Assembly: GCA_963745235.1 (NCBI GenBank)
Contig: CAVUXE010000073.1
Coordinates: 42,932-106,931, forward strand
Source: an uncultured Spirochaetota bacterium
GTDB lineage: Bacteria > Spirochaetota > Spirochaetia > SZUA-6 > Fen-1364
DNA length: 64,000 bases
Reading direction: 5' to 3'
The translations under genes were made by a program, and so were the position numbers. Of the stretch, positions 33,118-41,620 are shown piece after piece. Positions within the stretch are counted from its first letter, which is position 1; every line of letters starts with the position of its first letter. Under the pieces are notes generated by a model, which saw only the letters and a program-made list of their open reading frames with translations, made no database searches and was not told the DNA's origin.

Positions 33118-35166
33118 TCAAGACTTTCTGAGAAGGCGAACGAACTCATCCTCCGATACGATGGTGATACCCAGCTTGCGCGCCTTCTCCAGCTTGCTCC
33201 CTGAGCCTTCGCCGGCCAGCAGGTGAGTGGTCTTCGACGTGACGCTGTCTGTGACCCGTCCGCCGCGACTCCTGACCTCTTCCATGGCCGTCTCGCGCGG
33301 CTTGAAACGCTGGAAGGTCCCCGTGACGCACCATGTCTGGCCGGCGAAGCTCTGCGGGACGTTCGACGGGGCCGTCGCCTTTGTCTCAGAGAAGCTCAGC
33401 CCGGCAGCACGGAGGCGCTCGATCCGTCTGCGCACCTCGGGACGCCGGAGCTCCGAGAGGAGCACCTGGGCGGTGCGCTCGCCAATGCCGTGGATGGCGA
33501 GCAGCGGAGCCGGATCTCCCGCGTCGGAAAGTTTCAGCAGTGAATCGATGTCCGCGAATCCCGCATCGATCAGGAGCTCGGTGACTTTCTGCCCGATCTC
33601 CGGGATCCCCAGGGCAGGGAAGACGACGTGGAAGGGAAGAGCCTTGCTCTTCTGGATGCCCTCGCGGATCGCGCTCACCTTCTTTTCCCCGAATCCCGCC
33701 AGGGGGAGGAGCGCCGCCGGGTCGAAAGAATAGATGTCGTCGATGTCGCGGACAATGTCGTTGTTCCGGAGGACTTCGATGGTCTCCGGGCCGAGACCTT
33801 CGATATCCATCTGGCCCCGTCCCACGAAGAAGTTGAGCCTGCCCCTGACCTGGTCCGGACACGAGGGGTTCACGCAGAAATGGTGAGCGCCCTGCTTCAC
33901 CAACCGGGACTGACACGACGGGCAGGAGGGGGGGAGCTTCCAGGTGGTCGCGCCGTGCTCGTTCTTCTCCAGCACCCGCTCCACGGCGGGGATCACATCC
34001 CCGCGCCGCGAGACGGCCACCTTGTCTCCGACAGCCAGCTCCAGCATGTCGATATACTCCTGGTTGTGCAGCGTGACGTTGGAGATGGTGGCACCGCCGA
34101 TGCGCACCGGCTCCACTCGCGCCACGGGGGTGACCCGCCCGGTCCTCCCTACCTGGACCTCGATCGCCTTTACCGTTGTGGCGCCTTCCGGGGACTCGAA
34201 CTTGAAGGCGATTGCCCATCGCGGGTGGTGGCCGGTGTAGCCGAGGGTTTCGCGCGCCGGGATCTCGTTGACCTTGGCCACCACCCCGTCAATCTCGTAG
34301 TCCAGCGAGCCACGCGAGCGCCGCTCCTCCTCGAGGAACTCCGCGATACGGTCGGTCCCGCCAACGCGCCACTGCGGATGCCTGCGCCGGGCCTCCTCCA
34401 CATCCGGTCCATTCGAGAAGTACCCGATCCGCTGGTTGAGCCGGAAGCCGAGCTCCTCCAGCAGCTCCAGCGTTTCCCTGTGCGTCGGGAGGGGGGGGGC
34501 GAAGAAGCCCTCGTAGACGAAGATCGAAAGAGGCACCTCGGCCACTTCGCGGCTTTTCACCCTGCGAAGCGTACCGGAGGCAAGGTTGCGCGGGTTCGCA
34601 TAGGGCTCTTCCATTTTTGCGTTGATGGTGGAGAACAGGCTCCGCGGGAGGAATATCTCCCCGCGCGCCGCAATGGTGAGCGGCTTCGAGAGGCGCAGGG
34701 GCACGGAACGAATGGTCATCACGTTCGCGGTGACGTCGTTGCCTACCAGCCCGTTGCCGCGGGTCACCGCCCTGGCCAGGATCCCTTTCTCGTAGTAGAG
34801 CACGATGGAAGCTCCGTCGATTTTCTCCTCGCAGATGCAGGAGAGGCTCTGATCGGCGTTTCGCGCCGATTTCTCCATCCACTCGGTCAATTCGGCCGCG
34901 GTGTATGCCTTGTCCAGGCTGAGGACGGGAATCGTGTGGGCCACCTCGGGGAGATCCTGGCTGAGATCGGAACCGACGCGCCGCGTGGGAGAGTCCGGCA
35001 GCGCGAGCTGCGGGAACTCCTTTTCGATGGCGACAAGCTCGTCGAACAGGCCATCGTACTCCCGGTCAGACACGAGGGGTCGGGAGTCCACGTGATACGC
35101 GCGCTGGTACTTCTGCAGGAGGGGGACAAGCTCGCGGGCCCGCTTCTCCGCGTCCCTTCGGGTCAT
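33118..35166 (-). CDS. ligA: NAD-dependent DNA ligase
   Basis: EEKIDG, TRGNG, NPRN, PRWAIAFKF, C4 Zn finger, HhH, BRCT. Confidence 0.96.
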   Translation of the reverse strand: MTRRDAEKRARELVPLLQKYQRAYHVDSRPLVSDREYDGLFDELVAIEKEFPQLALPDSPTRRVGSDLSQDLPEVAHTIPVLSLDKAYTAAELTEWMEKSARNADQSLSCICEEKIDGASIVLYYEKGILARAVTRGNGLVGNDVTANVMTIRSVPLRLSKPLTIAARGEIFLPRSLFSTINAKMEEPYANPRNLASGTLRRVKSREVAEVPLSIFVYEGFFAPPLPTHRETLELLEELGFRLNQRIGYFSNGPDVEEARRRHPQWRVGGTDRIAEFLEEERRSRGSLDYEIDGVVAKVNEIPARETLGYTGHHPRWAIAFKFESPEGATTVKAIEVQVGRTGRVTPVARVEPVRIGGATISNVTLHNQEYIDMLELAVGDKVAVSRRGDVIPAVERVLEKNEHGATTWKLPPSCPSCQSRLVKQGAHHFCVNPSCPDQVRGRLNFFVGRGQMDIEGLGPETIEVLRNNDIVRDIDDIYSFDPAALLPLAGFGEKKVSAIREGIQKSKALPFHVVFPALGIPEIGQKVTELLIDAGFADIDSLLKLSDAGDPAPLLAIHGIGERTAQVLLSELRRPEVRRRIERLRAAGLSFSETKATAPSNVPQSFAGQTWCVTGTFQRFKPRETAMEEVRSRGGRVTDSVTSKTTHLLAGEGSGSKLEKARKLGITIVSEDEFVRLLRKS

Positions 35167-35175
35167 GGACCGGCG

Positions 35176-36436
35176 CTATTCCCGCCGGACGAACGCGTCG
35201 CGGAAGCCGCGGAACCTGAACAGGGGCAGGAGCGTGCCGCTCTCAGCCTTGTTCAGCGGGCCGACAAGCACCTTGAACATCGGCTTGTCCCCTGAAGCGG
35301 GGGCGAGCACCACGACCGGGTAGGTCTGTATCAGTGTCCCTGCGAGCCCCTGCGCAACCTCCTGGGTCGCGTAGGCGCCGAGCTGGACATAGAAGGTGGC
35401 TGCGTTCTTTTTGCCTGTCAGCTTTGGAAGGGAGGCAACCACCTGCGCCTGGCCGGGCTGCGTTTCCGTCGGTGTCTTCACCGCGGGCGCCGCTGTGGTC
35501 TGTCCCGGGGCCGCTTGCTCCGGCGGCGTCTCGGGAGGCTGAAGGGCAATCTTTTCACCACCGGAGGAAGCGGGCGGAGTGCCGTTTGCCTCCGCGGCCT
35601 GCCCGCCGGCTTCCGGAAGCGCAAGCTGCGAGCTTGCCTCCGCCTGGCCTGGTTGCGGCGTGGTCGAGCCCGCCTCCTGCGGAGTGGCCGGCTGGGCTTC
35701 CGCCAACGGGGTTTCGGACTGTTGCTGAGACGGAGCGGCGGTTTCCCCGGTCACCGTCGGACCTTCCGCCGGGGTCTCTGCCGGCGGCTTGTATGCGAAC
35801 TTCTGATCCTCCCGCGGCGGAAGGAAGAGCTGCTTCTGGGGGTTTCTGGAAGCGGCGTCCGCGAGGATCTGGGCGTCCTCCGCGGCTGCCTGGGATTCAC
35901 CGCTCGCCCCGGTCTGCCGGGCCCGGCTGGGCTGCTTGTCCCTGCGCTGCCGTTTGCTCCTGCTGGGCGGCTGCCGGCGTCTGATCCGGCTGCGAAGCCG
36001 CCGCGGCAGGCGCCTGTGAGCCGGCCGCCGCCTCATCCGCGTAGGCGGCCCCGGGATTCACATCTGAATCAGGGTTGAACGATTTTTCCGGTGCAGCGGG
36101 CGTGCCCGTGGAAGCCGCTTTCTGTCCCTCGGTGACACGCACCCGGGCAATGCTGCCCGCCGCTATTCCAAGCGCATCAGCGGCGCGAGGGGAAAGGAGG
36201 ATCAGGATGTTCGACTGGCTGTCCGCCCGCTGACTCACCGTCACGACGGTGCTCTTTCCGTTGTCGAGGTTCTGGACCATGAGCTGCGTGTCCGGCGCGA
36301 AGGAGTCGGACTCCGCGTAGAGGCCGCTCTCGAAGGCGGCGTCTCCCCTTTGCAGGGCGGCGTTTCCTTCCCAGTAGCTGTCGGCCCACGCGAGAAGGGG
36401 GATCATCAGCAGGCCAAGAACGACCCATCTCTTCAT
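35176..36436 (-). CDS. Secreted RlpA-like (DPBB) + low-complexity linker + SPOR domain protein; frameshift near 35910
   Basis: Signal peptide; V.NLDNGKSTVVTV..LSPRAA.ALG; Q/A/P-rich linker; FYVQLGAY..FKVLVGP..GFRDAFVR. Confidence 0.8.
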
Positions 36437-36588
36437 GGCGATCATGCTCCATTGCCGCGTCGGTGAAGGCTCACCGCGCATATCTTTCCATTATCATCGG
36501 AACATCAGGCGGAGTTGTGAGGCCAGATTTTCTTTCTCCACCTCCTCCTGTCTTCCATAGTAGCAAACTTTTTCAGGGACGGCGACGG

Positions 36589-37080
36589 CTACAGAGCCGG
36601 CGTGGGAAGAGCTTTGACCACCCTTTGGGAGATCAGCTTGCCCAGCTCGACCCCCAGCTCCGCGCGGCCGAGGACCTTCTCCTTGCCCGCGTTTGTCCCG
36701 GAGACCTTGTCGGAAAGGGATGTCTCTCCGGTCGACGTGTTGACAAGGGAAAACGTTGCGGAGCACGCCACGCGAACTGCATCCTCGGCGATCTTTGTCT
36801 GCGTGTAGGCCACGGTGATCTGAAGGAGCCAGCCGGCCTGGCCTTCACGCGCCACTGCTTCCAGGTCCGCGGTCCGGGCGTCAGCGCGGATGGCACCGGC
36901 GTCGAATACGACGTGCCCGGCCTCGAAGAGACCACCGGACACGCCTTCAACCGTGGCAAGCGGGGGAGGGCTCTGCGCACCGTCGATCGTTTCCCTCGCC
37001 GCAATCATGACCGTCTCCGCGCCAAGCGTCGCGGCGATGAAGAGCAGGGCGATGAGCACGACTACGTTTCTCAACGACAT
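36589..37080 (-). CDS. Hypothetical exported protein (~163 aa)
   Basis: ATG with AGGAG SD; signal peptide MSLRNVVVLIALLFIAATLGA. Confidence 0.7.
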   Translation of the reverse strand: MSLRNVVVLIALLFIAATLGAETVMIAARETIDGAQSPPPLATVEGVSGGLFEAGHVVFDAGAIRADARTADLEAVAREGQAGWLLQITVAYTQTKIAEDAVRVACSATFSLVNTSTGETSLSDKVSGTNAGKEKVLGRAELGVELGKLISQRVVKALPTPAL

Positions 37081-37128
37081 GACAGCTCCTGTTGGACAAT
37101 GATGTCCCCCCTTATTATCGGCCGCCGG

Positions 37129-37185
37129 GGACTTGATTGAGAGAGGCGGACTTGATTGAGAGAGGCGGACTTGATTGAGAGAGGC
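37129..37185. repeat. 19-bp tandem repeat x3 (GGACTTGATTGAGAGAGGC)
   Basis: Three exact copies at 37129, 37148 and 37167. Confidence 0.95.
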
Positions 37186-37199
37186 GGGAATGGTAGGTT
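37171..37199 (+). promoter_or_regulatory. Sigma70 promoter of loaP (probably leaderless)
   Basis: TTGATT, 17 bp, TG-n-TAGGTT; ATG 7 nt downstream; no SD. Confidence 0.55.
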
Positions 37200-37206
37200 C
37201 GGCCGG

Positions 37207-37752
37207 ATGCCGTTCTTTGCCGTGCAGATCTGGACAGGGGATGAAGGCCGCTTTCTCTCCATCGCCACGAAGCGAGTCGAGCGGGACCAGGCGAGGTTCT
37301 ACTGGCCGCGTCGCAGCCTGCGGATCAAGCGCGGCGGGAGCTGGAAAGAATCCCTGGCCCCGATATTCCCCGGCTACATGTTCATCCAGGCCGAGTCCGT
37401 TGGCCCCGAGCTCTACGGAACGCTGAAAGAGGCTCCCGGCTTCATGCGTTTCCTTCTCTCCAACGACAACATCGTGCCCCTCGAGCGCGCGGACCAGGAG
37501 CTGCTCGGCCATTTCCTTGCATTCGGGGAGATCCTGGACAAGTCAGTGGTGTATTTCGACGAGAACAGGCGCATCCGCGTCGTTTCCGGCCCGCTGAAGG
37601 GACTGGAGGGCAAGGTGGTGCGGGTGGACCGCAGGAAGGGAAGAGCCAAGGTGCGTCTCGAAATGTACGAGGATTCATTCGAGATCGATTTCGGCTTCGA
37701 GTCCCTGGAGGCGGCGCCTCAGGTCCCGGAGGAACCGTCAGGGCACGCCTGA
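37207..37752 (+). CDS. loaP: NusG-paralog antiterminator (LoaP-like)
   Basis: FAVQIWTGDE, PIFPGYMF, IRVVSGPLKGLEG.V.RVDRRKGRAKV (KOW). Confidence 0.85.
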   Translation: MPFFAVQIWTGDEGRFLSIATKRVERDQARFYWPRRSLRIKRGGSWKESLAPIFPGYMFIQAESVGPELYGTLKEAPGFMRFLLSNDNIVPLERADQELLGHFLAFGEILDKSVVYFDENRRIRVVSGPLKGLEGKVVRVDRRKGRAKVRLEMYEDSFEIDFGFESLEAAPQVPEEPSGHA

Positions 37753-37774
37753 ATCCTTCCGATGATGTAGACAA

Positions 37775-39253
37775 ATGGCGGACGAATCCCGCAAGAGCAT
37801 CTACATCATCGGAGCAGGGTTCACGGGCACCACCCTTGCCGCGGAGATCCGCGCAAAGAGGATCTTCGGCCACGTGGTGGCTTTCCTCGACGATGACCCA
37901 GCCAGGATCGGAAAGCGCATTGATGACGTTCCCGTCCTCGGTCCCATCGAGGCTGTCGGCCGCATCCTGAAGACAACCCCGGCGGACGAGGCCATCATCG
38001 CCATCCCCAGCGCCACGCGGGATCAGCTGGGCCGGATCTACGCCATCCTTCGTCGGGCCAAGTTCGCCCGCATCCGCATCGTGCCGCAGGTTTCCCAGAT
38101 CCTCGACGGGGAGGCCCATCTCATCCAGGCGCGGGAAATCGATCCCGAGGATTTCCTGGCGCGCAGCCCCGTGCGGGTGAACCTGAAAAAGAGCCTGGCC
38201 TACATCCAGGGCAGGAGGGTCCTGGTCACAGGGGCAGGCGGGAGCATCGGCTCGGAGATCTGCCGCCAGCTCCTGGAAGGCCGGGCGGAGAGGCTCTACC
38301 TCTTCGGTCACGGGGAAAACAGCATCTACGAGATCGAACGGGAGCTGAGGCTCCTGCAGGACGAAGGAGTCGGGGAGAAGGCGACCATCGTCCCGATCAT
38401 CGGGGAGATCCAGGACAGGGACTACATGCATTTCATCGTCTCGCGCACCCGGGCGGACGTCGTGTTCCACACCGCCGCGCACAAGCATGTCCCGCTCATG
38501 GAGGCCAACCCGGTGGAGGCGGTGAAGAACAACGTGTTCGGCACGCGGAACATCGTCGATGCCGCGAAGAAGGCCGGCGTGGAGCGCTTTGTCCTGATCT
38601 CCACCGACAAGGCGGTTGAGCCGAGCAGCGTGTACGGGGCATCGAAGCTCCTCGCGGAAGAGATCGTCCTGAGGGAGGGGAAGAGCGGCCGCAACTTCCT
38701 TGTCGTGCGCTTTGGCAACGTGCTGGGGTCCCGCGGGAGCATCCTTCCCCTTTTTCGAAGGCAGATCCTGAAGGGAGGTCCGGTCACCGTCACGCATCCG
38801 GAGACACGGCGATACTTCATGACCATTCCCGAAGCCTCGTCCCTCGTTTTGAAAGCGGGAGGCGTGGGGACGGGAGGAGAAGTCTACCTCCTGGACATGG
38901 GTGAAAGTGTCTCCATCCGGGAGCTTGCCGAGCAGATGATCCGCTTCTACGGATACGAACCGGATGCTGACGTGAAGATCGTCTATACGGGTATGCGAAA
39001 AGGTGAAAAGCTGCTGGAGAAGCTCCACGCGGAAACAGAGGTGACCGAGCCCACGGGTCACCCGAAGATCATGAAGCTGCAGAGAAAGACGCTGATCAAC
39101 GGACGGATCACTGCCGTCCTGGACAGGCTTCGGCCGGTCTGCTTCCATGATCCGCAGGCGCCGTCAGCATTCAGGAACAGGCGCTGCCTGCGGGCCATCC
39201 TGCAGGAAGTCATCCCTGGCATCGACCTGCCGCCTGAAGAGCCCGAGTTTTGA
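37775..39253 (+). CDS. UDP-GlcNAc 4,6-dehydratase-like (PglF/CapD family), lacking the N-terminal TM region
   Basis: TGAGGSIGSE, HTAAHKHVP, ISTDKAV, YGASK, RFGNVLGSRGS, YFMTIPEA. Confidence 0.9.
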   Translation: MADESRKSIYIIGAGFTGTTLAAEIRAKRIFGHVVAFLDDDPARIGKRIDDVPVLGPIEAVGRILKTTPADEAIIAIPSATRDQLGRIYAILRRAKFARIRIVPQVSQILDGEAHLIQAREIDPEDFLARSPVRVNLKKSLAYIQGRRVLVTGAGGSIGSEICRQLLEGRAERLYLFGHGENSIYEIERELRLLQDEGVGEKATIVPIIGEIQDRDYMHFIVSRTRADVVFHTAAHKHVPLMEANPVEAVKNNVFGTRNIVDAAKKAGVERFVLISTDKAVEPSSVYGASKLLAEEIVLREGKSGRNFLVVRFGNVLGSRGSILPLFRRQILKGGPVTVTHPETRRYFMTIPEASSLVLKAGGVGTGGEVYLLDMGESVSIRELAEQMIRFYGYEPDADVKIVYTGMRKGEKLLEKLHAETEVTEPTGHPKIMKLQRKTLINGRITAVLDRLRPVCFHDPQAPSAFRNRRCLRAILQEVIPGIDLPPEEPEF

Positions 39254-40422
39254 GCTCCTTTGTCCCCTTCTTTCGACCTTCCCTCGGTTCCGAAGAGGAA
39301 CAGGGTGTCATTGCGGTCCTGCGTTCCGGCTGGCTGACAACCGGGGAAGTGACCGCAAACTTCGAGCGCGAGTTCGCATCGTACACGGGTGTCCGGCATG
39401 CCCTTGCCGTGAGCTCGGCCACGGCGGGGCTGCACCTCGCTCTCGAAGCCCTCGGTGTTGGACCGGGAGACGCCGTCATAACGACGCCCTACACATTCGC
39501 TGCAACCGCCGAGGTCGTTCGCTACCTGGGAGCCGAGCCGGTCTTCGCGGATATCCTCCCTGCCTCCATGAACATCGATCCAGATGCGGTCGAAGCTGCT
39601 CTCAAGAAGTGCAGGGCGGAGAATCGGAAAGTCTCCGGGATCCTGCCGGTGCACGTCGCGGGGCTCCCGTGCGACATGAGCGCGCTGGCAGAGATTGCAG
39701 GTCGCTTCGACGTGCCCGTCGTGGAGGATGCGGCGCACGCTTTTCCCGTTCGAATCGGCGCTGATTTCGCGGGGTCGCTGGGCGATGCCGGTGTGTACTC
39801 GTTCTACGCGACGAAGACCATGACCACGGGCGAAGGCGGCATGCTGGTCACCGACAGGGACGACGTGGCTGCCCGCGCGCGAGTCATGCGCCTCCACGGC
39901 ATTGACCGCGACGTGTGGGACAGGTACACGTCGCGGAGCGCCTCGTGGCGCTACGACGTCGTGGCCCCGGGCTTCAAGTACAACCTGACTGACATTGCCG
40001 CCGCAATCGGCCGGGCCCAGCTTGCGAAGGCAGGGGACTTCCTCGCGGACCGAACGCGAATTGCAGAGCGGTACCTCGACGCCCTTTCCGGACTGGACTT
40101 CCTGGAGCTGCCCACTCCCGCGGCGAACCACGCGTGGCATCTTTTCATCATCCATATAGTGCCACGGAGGCTGACGACGGACAGGGACGGCTTTGCGGAG
40201 GAGCTCACGCGCAGGGGGATCGGCATTTCCGTCCATTTCATCCCCCTGCACCTCATGAGCTACTATCGCCAGAGATATGGACTGCAGCCCGACAGCTTCC
40301 CCCGCGCCCTCGAGAGTTTTCGCACCTGCATCAGCCTCCCGCTTTCACCCTCTCTCTCGGATGACGAGGTGGAGAGGGTGATTGCTGCCGTCAAAGAGAC
40401 GGGACTGGCTCATCGAGCCTGA
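39250..40422 (+). CDS. DegT/DnrJ/EryC1/StrS sugar aminotransferase
   Basis: SGWLTTG, SSATAGLH, EDAAH, SFYATKTMTTGEGG, GFKYN. Confidence 0.92.
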   Translation: MSSFVPFFRPSLGSEEEQGVIAVLRSGWLTTGEVTANFEREFASYTGVRHALAVSSATAGLHLALEALGVGPGDAVITTPYTFAATAEVVRYLGAEPVFADILPASMNIDPDAVEAALKKCRAENRKVSGILPVHVAGLPCDMSALAEIAGRFDVPVVEDAAHAFPVRIGADFAGSLGDAGVYSFYATKTMTTGEGGMLVTDRDDVAARARVMRLHGIDRDVWDRYTSRSASWRYDVVAPGFKYNLTDIAAAIGRAQLAKAGDFLADRTRIAERYLDALSGLDFLELPTPAANHAWHLFIIHIVPRRLTTDRDGFAEELTRRGIGISVHFIPLHLMSYYRQRYGLQPDSFPRALESFRTCISLPLSPSLSDDEVERVIAAVKETGLAHRA

Positions 40423-40437
40423 GCCGACAATCCGATC

Positions 40438-41532
40438 TCACCCGGCCAGCGCCTTGCTTTCCTTCTCGATGGCATCCAGCGCCGCCTTGTCGTCGATCAC
40501 CTCGAAGTCGATCGTCATGGACCATTCCGCCTGGCCCTCAATGGTCGGGAGAATCCCTTTCTCCCGCAGGACTCCCCGGCCCAGGGGGATGGAATTACCG
40601 GGCTCGAGACCCAGGACGTAAAAGCCTTTGCGAACCATCTTCCACTCGGTGAGGTGCGGCAGCTCTTTTGCGTTCCAGCGCAGGACCATGCCCAGCGGCT
40701 CTCCGTCCCCCGGGTCACGGTTCAGCAGAGCGACAAAGGTCCGGCCGCTGGCGTCGGTTGCCATGGTGTGGAAGAAGACCTTCTCCTGGTAGCCCTGCAC
40801 GGGCTCGGGGAATGTCAGGCACTCTTCCACGCCCTTGTCCTTGCGCGCCTCGTCGTCCCGGGGCTCCGTCTTTCTGATGGGTCCCACCACCCGCGCCTTC
40901 GGTCCCAGCAGAGGGAAGCCGAAGTTGACGTGGTAGAGCATGATGAGAGGCTGGGGCTCGAACCCGTGGTTTACCACGGTGTCCTGCAGGCGGAACGATC
41001 GGGCCCCCAGGCGGGTCTCGATCCTTCGCGTCAGGGAAAGATTCTCGACCATTGCCTCCGCTTCCCTCATGGTGCCTTTGAGCCGGATGAGAAACTCATC
41101 ACCCTCCCATCCCTGATCCACGCAGAGGTTCTCCGCCGCCGCGTTTGCGACCCTCCCGTGCAGCCCGAAGCTCTTCCCCTGGTCGACACTCGGCGCTCCT
41201 GAGTTTGCAATCCCGCATGTCGTCAGCAGGCCCACGGAGAAGCTCCTCCGCCATTCGAGGCCGCGCTCCGAATAGTAGGCGGGCGCTGTGATGCCGGTGC
41301 CGGAGAAGAATCCCAGCGATTTCCCCTTGTAGGAGGCGAACGGAATGTCCATGCCGCGCCCGGGGAGCACCGTGAAGGCGAGGCCCGTCCCCGTGGCAAC
41401 TTCCACGGCGCGAACGCCATCCGCCTTTCCGTCGGTCAGCACCGAGCTCCGCGCCCCTGCTATCTGCAGCGGGTCACCGATCAGGGAAACCAGCTCCTGT
41501 CGCTTCCAAGCCCTTCCTGCATACCACGCCAT
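40438..41532 (-). CDS. Aldose 1-epimerase-like protein (DUF4432)
   Basis: RGMDI, LLTTCG, LHGR, LYHVNFGFP, LGLEP. Confidence 0.85.
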   Translation of the reverse strand: MAWYAGRAWKRQELVSLIGDPLQIAGARSSVLTDGKADGVRAVEVATGTGLAFTVLPGRGMDIPFASYKGKSLGFFSGTGITAPAYYSERGLEWRRSFSVGLLTTCGIANSGAPSVDQGKSFGLHGRVANAAAENLCVDQGWEGDEFLIRLKGTMREAEAMVENLSLTRRIETRLGARSFRLQDTVVNHGFEPQPLIMLYHVNFGFPLLGPKARVVGPIRKTEPRDDEARKDKGVEECLTFPEPVQGYQEKVFFHTMATDASGRTFVALLNRDPGDGEPLGMVLRWNAKELPHLTEWKMVRKGFYVLGLEPGNSIPLGRGVLREKGILPTIEGQAEWSMTIDFEVIDDKAALDAIEKESKALAG

Positions 41533-41620
41533 TGCGCACCTCCCCGCGAAGAATATCACAATCCCATTTACATAGCCCCCCCGCAGCGATTATCATGAAT
41601 GCCCTGGAGGGGACCATCCG

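Noticed and set aside
37129-37185. CRISPR array or RfaH ops site
   Set aside because: No spacers, and no GGCGGTAGnnTG match
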